Virus record (IMG/VR): IMGVR_UViG_3300033562_000771
Coordinates: 108,939-128,938 of that record
Origin: an uncultured virus (IMG/VR IMGVR_UViG_3300033562_000771)
Lineage: Duplodnaviria; Heunggongvirae; Uroviricota; Caudoviricetes
Length of the DNA: 20,000 nt
Reading direction: 5' to 3' (one strand)
Positions 14,512-20,000 of the stretch are shown here, in pieces. The notes under the pieces were generated by a model. That model was not told where the DNA came from. It saw only the letters and a program-made list of their open reading frames with translations, and did not search any database. The position numbers were made by a program, and so were the translations under genes. Position 1 is the first letter of the stretch, and each line of letters opens with the position of its first letter.

Positions 14512-16545
14512 TTAACTAAGAGCGATTCGGAGTTTAGTCACATTAAAGGTGGGCGAGACTGTAGTATCCCAATAAAGTTTAACCAACACAAGGCCACCAG
14601 AATTTACAGTTGAATTAGTCCCAAAAGTCATGGGGATCTTTATCTCTGTAGATACAACAGAAGTTGATCCTACGAGACACCCATCACCATCATTTGTGGG
14701 AGTCCCCCCTAAATAAGGAGATAGGGGGTTAATCCAGCCAGTTAAACCAGGAAGTTTCACTCGGATATTAACACCACTAGGAAGGCTGTTGGGTGTTAAG
14801 TAAAGAACCGCGTTTGTGGTGGATGCTAGGGTAAACTTCCTAGCATATGCTTGCGTCCCTGACCGCCCTGAATAATCGGGACCTACAGGAGCATACGTGG
14901 TAAAATTTTTATTGGAATACCTTAGGCTACCTAAAAATAGCATTAATTCTGAGGTAGCCAAAGCCGCAGAAGAATCCCACGTGGCTGAAGTTACAGAGGA
15001 AACAGAATCATAGATACCGTCAGCGGGAATTCTGTAAAGTTCATCCACAAAAGTATCTTGAATTGCAGTTGAGTCATTCCCATATGTGTTAATATAAAAG
15101 CTTGATTTAGAATGACTTGCAGCCGAACTGTTACCTCTGGGGCTCACAATAATGGCCGACCAAGCGGGACTATCAGTAGTCTGACTAGAGTTAAATGAAA
15201 GAACTTTGCTGGAGATAGATGGGGTATCCGCAATAGCGGGTGGGTTCGAGACCCCTACCGCAGAAGCATCTGTTAAAACGATATTAGTTGAGGACACCGC
15301 AGATCCAGCTAGAGTAGCCCAAACCCCTGTAGTCATGTAGGTATTTGCAAAAGGAGCTGTAGCCGCAGCCATGGAGAAACTCATGGAAGATCCAGCCCCA
15401 TATGCAGGGATACCCGAAAGATACTTTAAGGAACTTGTCTGGATACTCCCGGAAAGAGCACCAGCGGTAGGAAGAGTTGAGGAATCATAGTAGAGAACAT
15501 ACGTGGGAGAAACTTTATCCCCACTAACCGTATGGATCAACTCATAGGTATTATACCCAAGAGCTGCATCCGTGGATAAAGGACTATAAATTACAGTCCC
15601 TGTCTGGAAAGCTCCAAAAGAAGCGTATCTACCCACAGAGGTAATCTGAAGGCGAGACGATGAAGGAGAGTAAGGTAGCGCCGAACCTGCATAACCATCC
15701 CCCTGATTGCCATTTCTATTGGCTTCAACAAAAGCCGTTTCTAAATTAAACGAAACAAAATTTGTTGAGTTAATCCTAGAATGGATTAAACCCTTATCTG
15801 CAGACCCAAAACCCGTATATGTCAAAACGGGTGTGGGAGTTTTTGTAACCCGTGGAAGCGTTTCTCCTGCGGCATAGGGTCCGGGGACAGGGGCATTTGC
15901 CGACAACTTGGCAGTATAAGAAGTTAAAGACACTGTGGGAGTGATTGTGTCTAAGCTAGGGGGTGCCGTTGGAACAAGGAAACCCATTATTGAGTTGATC
16001 TGGTCTATCGCATCCGAAATCTTCTGGTCTTCAGTTAGCGGGACCGCACCATTAAGATAGGACCCGTCAGGAGCTGGACCTAGGATTAACCCAGATCCTG
16101 CCAGATTATCAGTTATAATACTCGTATCCAAGTTTAATGCTGCTAACGAGGTCCCACCTGCTAGTGTGGGATACACCATTTCACTAACAGGGAACCCAAA
16201 AATATTATTAACCGAAGTTTGCGAGATAATGGCATCAACCCCTACTCCAGGGTAATCTAGTTCAGCCCCCTCTTCATTCCATATAATCGTTCCGCTAATA
16301 TGCGAAGAATCTTCGATAGTTAATGCTGTAATTTTGTATCTATGGGCAACCCCTGGGATTGGGTAAAAATTAACATTATCAACCGCAGGAATATAGATGA
16401 GGAAACCTGTCGCTAATGCAGAGGTGCCCAGGCCCTCTACATCAGCGACATTAGAGTATACAGCATTTGTGAAGGTGTATTCCCCCGGCATCCCCGTGGG
16501 GTCATAAGACGTTGCAGAGATTACACCATGAATAAACCGACCCAT
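14512..16545 (-). CDS. Putative virion structural protein (Ser/Thr/Gly-rich, beta-rich)
   Basis: 677 aa, GGAG RBS. The N-terminal ~140 aa are paralogous to the N-terminus of the 16577-19057 protein. Confidence 0.75.
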   Translation of the reverse strand: MGRFIHGVISATSYDPTGMPGEYTFTNAVYSNVADVEGLGTSALATGFLIYIPAVDNVNFYPIPGVAHRYKITALTIEDSSHISGTIIWNEEGAELDYPGVGVDAIISQTSVNNIFGFPVSEMVYPTLAGGTSLAALNLDTSIITDNLAGSGLILGPAPDGSYLNGAVPLTEDQKISDAIDQINSIMGFLVPTAPPSLDTITPTVSLTSYTAKLSANAPVPGPYAAGETLPRVTKTPTPVLTYTGFGSADKGLIHSRINSTNFVSFNLETAFVEANRNGNQGDGYAGSALPYSPSSSRLQITSVGRYASFGAFQTGTVIYSPLSTDAALGYNTYELIHTVSGDKVSPTYVLYYDSSTLPTAGALSGSIQTSSLKYLSGIPAYGAGSSMSFSMAAATAPFANTYMTTGVWATLAGSAVSSTNIVLTDASAVGVSNPPAIADTPSISSKVLSFNSSQTTDSPAWSAIIVSPRGNSSAASHSKSSFYINTYGNDSTAIQDTFVDELYRIPADGIYDSVSSVTSATWDSSAALATSELMLFLGSLRYSNKNFTTYAPVGPDYSGRSGTQAYARKFTLASTTNAVLYLTPNSLPSGVNIRVKLPGLTGWINPLSPYLGGTPTNDGDGCLVGSTSVVSTEIKIPMTFGTNSTVNSGGLVLVKLYWDTTVSPTFNVTKLRIALS

Positions 16546-16576
16546 GTTATTACTCCAGTGGTTTCCTAATTAGAGC

Positions 16577-19057
16577 TTAGAACTGCAGAAGAATGAAGAT
16601 ACCGTTGCTAGCAACACCAAGGTTGCTTAGTTGGAACCGTCCCCAGTTAGATGAAGCATGCATAGCAATAGCACCTGCAATACCAGAGAGCGAATCACCA
16701 TCAGAGCGCACGGAATGCATGGGGATATACGTGGATCCCTGATCTGCATTAGCTCCAACCCCGTTAGTTGCAGAAGCCGGGGCAATTAAGTCATAAGTAG
16801 TAGTGGATCGGGTATTCCCGGCTAAATGAATACGGGCAGAAATTAATTGCACATTTTCATTACTAGGAGCCGAGAGTGTGCCCGAAGTGATAGACCCAGG
16901 GGTTGAGGTATTATGAGCATAGGTGAACCCCATGCTATAGTTAGCGCTGGAACCACTGGTCGCACCTGAATCTACGCAAGTTACGGTGTAGGTATCGGTG
17001 GCAACCGAGTTAATCAGAACACACAGATAATCTACATTCACATTGCGAAGAATCACACGTTCCCCAGCAACATGCCCATGAGCGGGGTGGTTTACCACCA
17101 AAGTGGTTCCAGTTCGAGCCCACGAAAGGTTCCCGTAAGCCTTGGAAGAACTGTGGACCCATACCTCCTGACCAGTAGTTGTCACAACTTGGTATCGAGA
17201 GGTAGCCTGAAACACGGTTGCAGGGGACGCAGCCGCAACAGCCTGAGCAGCGGCATCAGCCACCAGTTTACCAATAGCTGACAGAATAGAATCTGCAGAA
17301 GTCACAGCACCAGAGGTATTGACATCCAAACCAGCTAGGATGGTTGCCAGGGCCTTAGCTTCAGTGAAATACTTGTTAGATCCTTCTGTGATCTCACTTG
17401 TAGTTAAGGTGACATCCCCGCTTTCCCCATTGACTGTATTGGTCAGGGTAGGCTTATTATCGATTGTGCTCCAGTCCTGATTGTGAGCATCCGGAGTAAA
17501 TACAGAAGGAATATTTAATAGGGTGGAGTAGTCATGGCGTAGCGAGGTGAAATACTGGTTAGTTGACCCCTCAGAGACGTCATCCGTATCAAGCGTTACG
17601 GTTCCACTAGCTCCATTAACTGTATTTGTGATCGTATCAAGAATACCATACCCAGAAATGCTGGTGGGGGTATTCGTAATAGTAGACCACGCTTGGTCGT
17701 GGGCTGCGGGGGTAAATGTAGTCGGAACGTTATCGATTGTGCTCCAGTCCTGATTATGGGCAGCGGGAGCAAAGGTAGTAGGAACGTTTGCCAGTGTAGT
17801 GTAGTCATGGCGAAGTGCTGTGAAATACTGGTTTGTGGCACCCTCATCGATGTCATCTGTATCAAGGGTAACAATACCAATTTGTCCATTAATTGAGCTA
17901 ACCTTATCGGTATTATCGATTTTAACCCAGGCAGCACCATCTGAAACAATCCAATCAGTAGGTTGCCAATCTGCGCCACCATCTATAGGGGTAGTCCCTC
18001 CAACACTAACAATATAATAGTAGCCCTTATTTGCAGCATCAGCGGCAGGAATTACAGGTTCATTCGTGGTAGCATTCCACATGCCCTGGTAAGACATCCC
18101 CCCTAGGAGGGATGCGGGGATCTGGGATGTTAGAAGTTTTCCGCCAGCATCCAAAGTGGCAACACCATTACTGACAGCCAGTAGACTTGAATCAACTTTT
18201 AGCAGAAGGGCATCCTGCCTAGCAGTCGTTTCCACGGCAATGGCAGCATTACGGGCAGTTACTTCAGTATCAATTGCGGTAGAAATAGCTGAATTACGGG
18301 CAGAAACCTCAGTATCAATTGCTGTAGAAATAGCTGAGTTACGAGCAGTTACTTCAGCGGCATCAGCATCTTGACGGGCAGTCATTTCAGAGGCTACAGC
18401 ATTCTGACGGGCTGTAATCTCAGCATTAATAGCAGAGATTCTATTAGTAGTCTCAACCAGGATAGCGGCGTCACGAGAAGCTGCTTCGGCTAAATCACCA
18501 TCTATCCTAGCGGTGACCTCTGTTTGTAGCTCAGTGTTTAAAACCACCTCATCTAAAATGCCATACCCACTCAGAGAAGTGGGGTGATTGGAAATCACAT
18601 CCCAATCCGTACCTACAGTATCAATTTTTTGCTGCAGATCAATTGCTTGAGCGGCAGTAGTGATACCAGAAGCTAGCCCTGAGTAAACAGTATCTGAGAC
18701 GGGCAGCGCAAACTTATAATGAGTCGTGGGCTCGGAGATAAGTACCAGTGAATTCCCGGTGGGGCTATCAATCTCAGCCCCATCTTCATCCCATATCATA
18801 GTGCCTGCAACGTGGCTACTATCTTCAATAGTTAAGGATGTCAATTTATACCTATGAGCAACCCCAGGAATCATATTGAAGTTAATGGTATCACTGGCTG
18901 GGACTATTAAAATGTAGCCAACTGCCAGTTCACTTGTCCCATTCCCAGCAATATCAGACTGATTGGTATATGCTGCATTACTAAAAGTATACTCCCCCGG
19001 TGTTACAGTAGGGGTGAACGCGGGGATAGATAAAACACCATTGATAATACGGGACAT
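16577..19057 (-). CDS. Modular tail-fibre-like protein
   Basis: 826 aa with PTSLSGYGILD x2, EVTAR coiled-coil repeats, NGVATLDAGGKL, YQGMWNATTN...GYYYIVSVGG, VNGxxGxVTLxTxxIxEGxxNxYFT x3 and PAAHNQDWSTIDN repeats. AGGAG RBS. Confidence 0.85.
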   Translation of the reverse strand: MSRIINGVLSIPAFTPTVTPGEYTFSNAAYTNQSDIAGNGTSELAVGYILIVPASDTINFNMIPGVAHRYKLTSLTIEDSSHVAGTMIWDEDGAEIDSPTGNSLVLISEPTTHYKFALPVSDTVYSGLASGITTAAQAIDLQQKIDTVGTDWDVISNHPTSLSGYGILDEVVLNTELQTEVTARIDGDLAEAASRDAAILVETTNRISAINAEITARQNAVASEMTARQDADAAEVTARNSAISTAIDTEVSARNSAISTAIDTEVTARNAAIAVETTARQDALLLKVDSSLLAVSNGVATLDAGGKLLTSQIPASLLGGMSYQGMWNATTNEPVIPAADAANKGYYYIVSVGGTTPIDGGADWQPTDWIVSDGAAWVKIDNTDKVSSINGQIGIVTLDTDDIDEGATNQYFTALRHDYTTLANVPTTFAPAAHNQDWSTIDNVPTTFTPAAHDQAWSTITNTPTSISGYGILDTITNTVNGASGTVTLDTDDVSEGSTNQYFTSLRHDYSTLLNIPSVFTPDAHNQDWSTIDNKPTLTNTVNGESGDVTLTTSEITEGSNKYFTEAKALATILAGLDVNTSGAVTSADSILSAIGKLVADAAAQAVAAASPATVFQATSRYQVVTTTGQEVWVHSSSKAYGNLSWARTGTTLVVNHPAHGHVAGERVILRNVNVDYLCVLINSVATDTYTVTCVDSGATSGSSANYSMGFTYAHNTSTPGSITSGTLSAPSNENVQLISARIHLAGNTRSTTTYDLIAPASATNGVGANADQGSTYIPMHSVRSDGDSLSGIAGAIAMHASSNWGRFQLSNLGVASNGIFILLQF

Positions 19058-19066
19058 ATAGTCTCC

Positions 19067-20000
19067 TTAAAAGATGAGGGCAATATAGACGCCAGTTGCA
19101 GCAACAGGCAAGGCGGCTACTTGAAGAGTGTTGTATGAACCACCATAATTTCTAACTAGGGTTGCCGCGACTCCACTAAGGGAGTCAGCGTCCTGCCTAA
19201 CCCAATGGGTTGGGACTATAAAGTTCCCAATATTTGTGTTATCCCCCGCGCCCAAGTTGGCTCCGTTTGCAGGAAGAACTAACGTATACGAGTTGGAAGC
19301 TCTAGTATTTGCACCAGATTGAATCTGTAAATGTTGAATAACTAGTGATTTAGCAGAAGAGGGAACAGAGATAGTGCCACCAGAAACAGCCGAATCAGAC
19401 CCCGTTTGAGTATACGTAACCCCAATGGTATAGACACAAAGGCCACTAGCTGCTCCAGAATCCGCACAGGCTATTGTGAACGAATCGGTGGCTACCGAAA
19501 CAATAAGGGCGTTTATAAACTCAACATTTGATTCTTTTACGAGAACACGACTCCCTACAGAATGACCATGTGCCGCATGATTCAACGTCATGCTAGTTCC
19601 CGTCCGAGTCCAAGCTACGTTAGCCCATGCTCTAGAAGCACTAGTAGCCCAAACAGCCAGCCCTGTATTGAAATGGATCTGGTAGCGAGTCACCTCATGA
19701 GCAATCTGAACAGCCTGAGAATATTCGTAGGCTGTGTCATAGTTAGTTTTTAAAGCTGCAGTTACATATTTATTGGTGGAGGTGGCATCAGAGATATTGT
19801 CAGTTGTTAGGGTAATCTCACCAGCAATTTGAGAAACCCCATTAACAGAAGTAGTTAGACCATCTGCCCCAGCGGGGCCTGTGGGACCAACTTCACCCTG
19901 AATACCCTGAGGTCCAATAGCTCCATCAACGCCATCTGCCCCAGCGGGGCCTGTGGGACCAACTTCACCCTGAATACCCTGAGGTCCAATAGCTCCATCA
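19067..20000 (-). CDS. Collagen-like fibre protein, C-terminal part (starts beyond the right edge)
   Basis: The frame of track ORF 19067..19693 is open to the window edge: [23 protein letters not shown](V/L) x2, then [30 protein letters not shown], then a C-terminal domain paralogous to that of the 826-aa protein. Confidence 0.88.
   Translation of the reverse strand, partial: DGAIGPQGIQGEVGPTGPAGADGVDGAIGPQGIQGEVGPTGPAGADGLTTSVNGVSQIAGEITLTTDNISDATSTNKYVTAALKTNYDTAYEYSQAVQIAHEVTRYQIHFNTGLAVWATSASRAWANVAWTRTGTSMTLNHAAHGHSVGSRVLVKESNVEFINALIVSVATDSFTIACADSGAASGLCVYTIGVTYTQTGSDSAVSGGTISVPSSAKSLVIQHLQIQSGANTRASNSYTLVLPANGANLGAGDNTNIGNFIVPTHWVRQDADSLSGVAATLVRNYGGSYNTLQVAALPVAATGVYIALIF
19860..20000. 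repeat. 72-bp tandem repeat encoding Gly-X-Y collagen triplets
   Basis: catctgccccagcggggcc...gctccatca begins at 19861 and again at 19933; identical to the window edge. Confidence 0.95.

Noticed and set aside
16577..19693. Paralogous fibre C-termini as DGR template/variable repeats or an invertible cassette
   Set aside because: Similarity is at protein level, not near-identical DNA with adenine-specific mismatches; same orientation; no reverse transcriptase or invertase in the window.
19690..19693. GTG start at 19693 given by the ORF track
   Set aside because: The frame remains open upstream through the collagen repeat to the window edge.

Overview
Gene-dense fragment of what looks like a large (possibly jumbo) tailed-phage genome. 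Every credible gene is on the minus strand and uses the standard code (TAA, TAG and TGA all occur as stops). In transcription order (right to left): (1) five fibre/virion-structural genes (11494-20000) built from shared, shuffled modules; (2) a histone-H1-like Lys/Ala/Pro protein and two coiled-coil proteins; (3) a replication/transcription block: hypothetical protein, TOPRIM primase core without Zn finger, DUF932-like protein, DnaX-type clamp loader with a (PTPI)9 tail, divergent NusG/RfaH-like protein; (4) SAM methyltransferase, secreted protein, dNMP kinase, 2H phosphoesterase, small ORF; (5) an IPT/TIG+CBM protein and the start of a tail-fibre gene. The most notable signal is in the short intergenic spacers. 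A bipartite motif TGGATYTTTT-N12-CGTATCTWGTGTAG occurs twice. One copy is threaded through a hairpin that sequesters the downstream ribosome-binding site. There is also a second bipartite motif, a 20-bp stem in front of the structural genes, and a terminator with no room for a downstream promoter. Together with the NusG paralog these suggest a phage-encoded temporal control circuit. No tRNA, rRNA, CRISPR array, transposase or reverse transcriptase was seen. All family calls are by-eye motif recognition; no searches were run.
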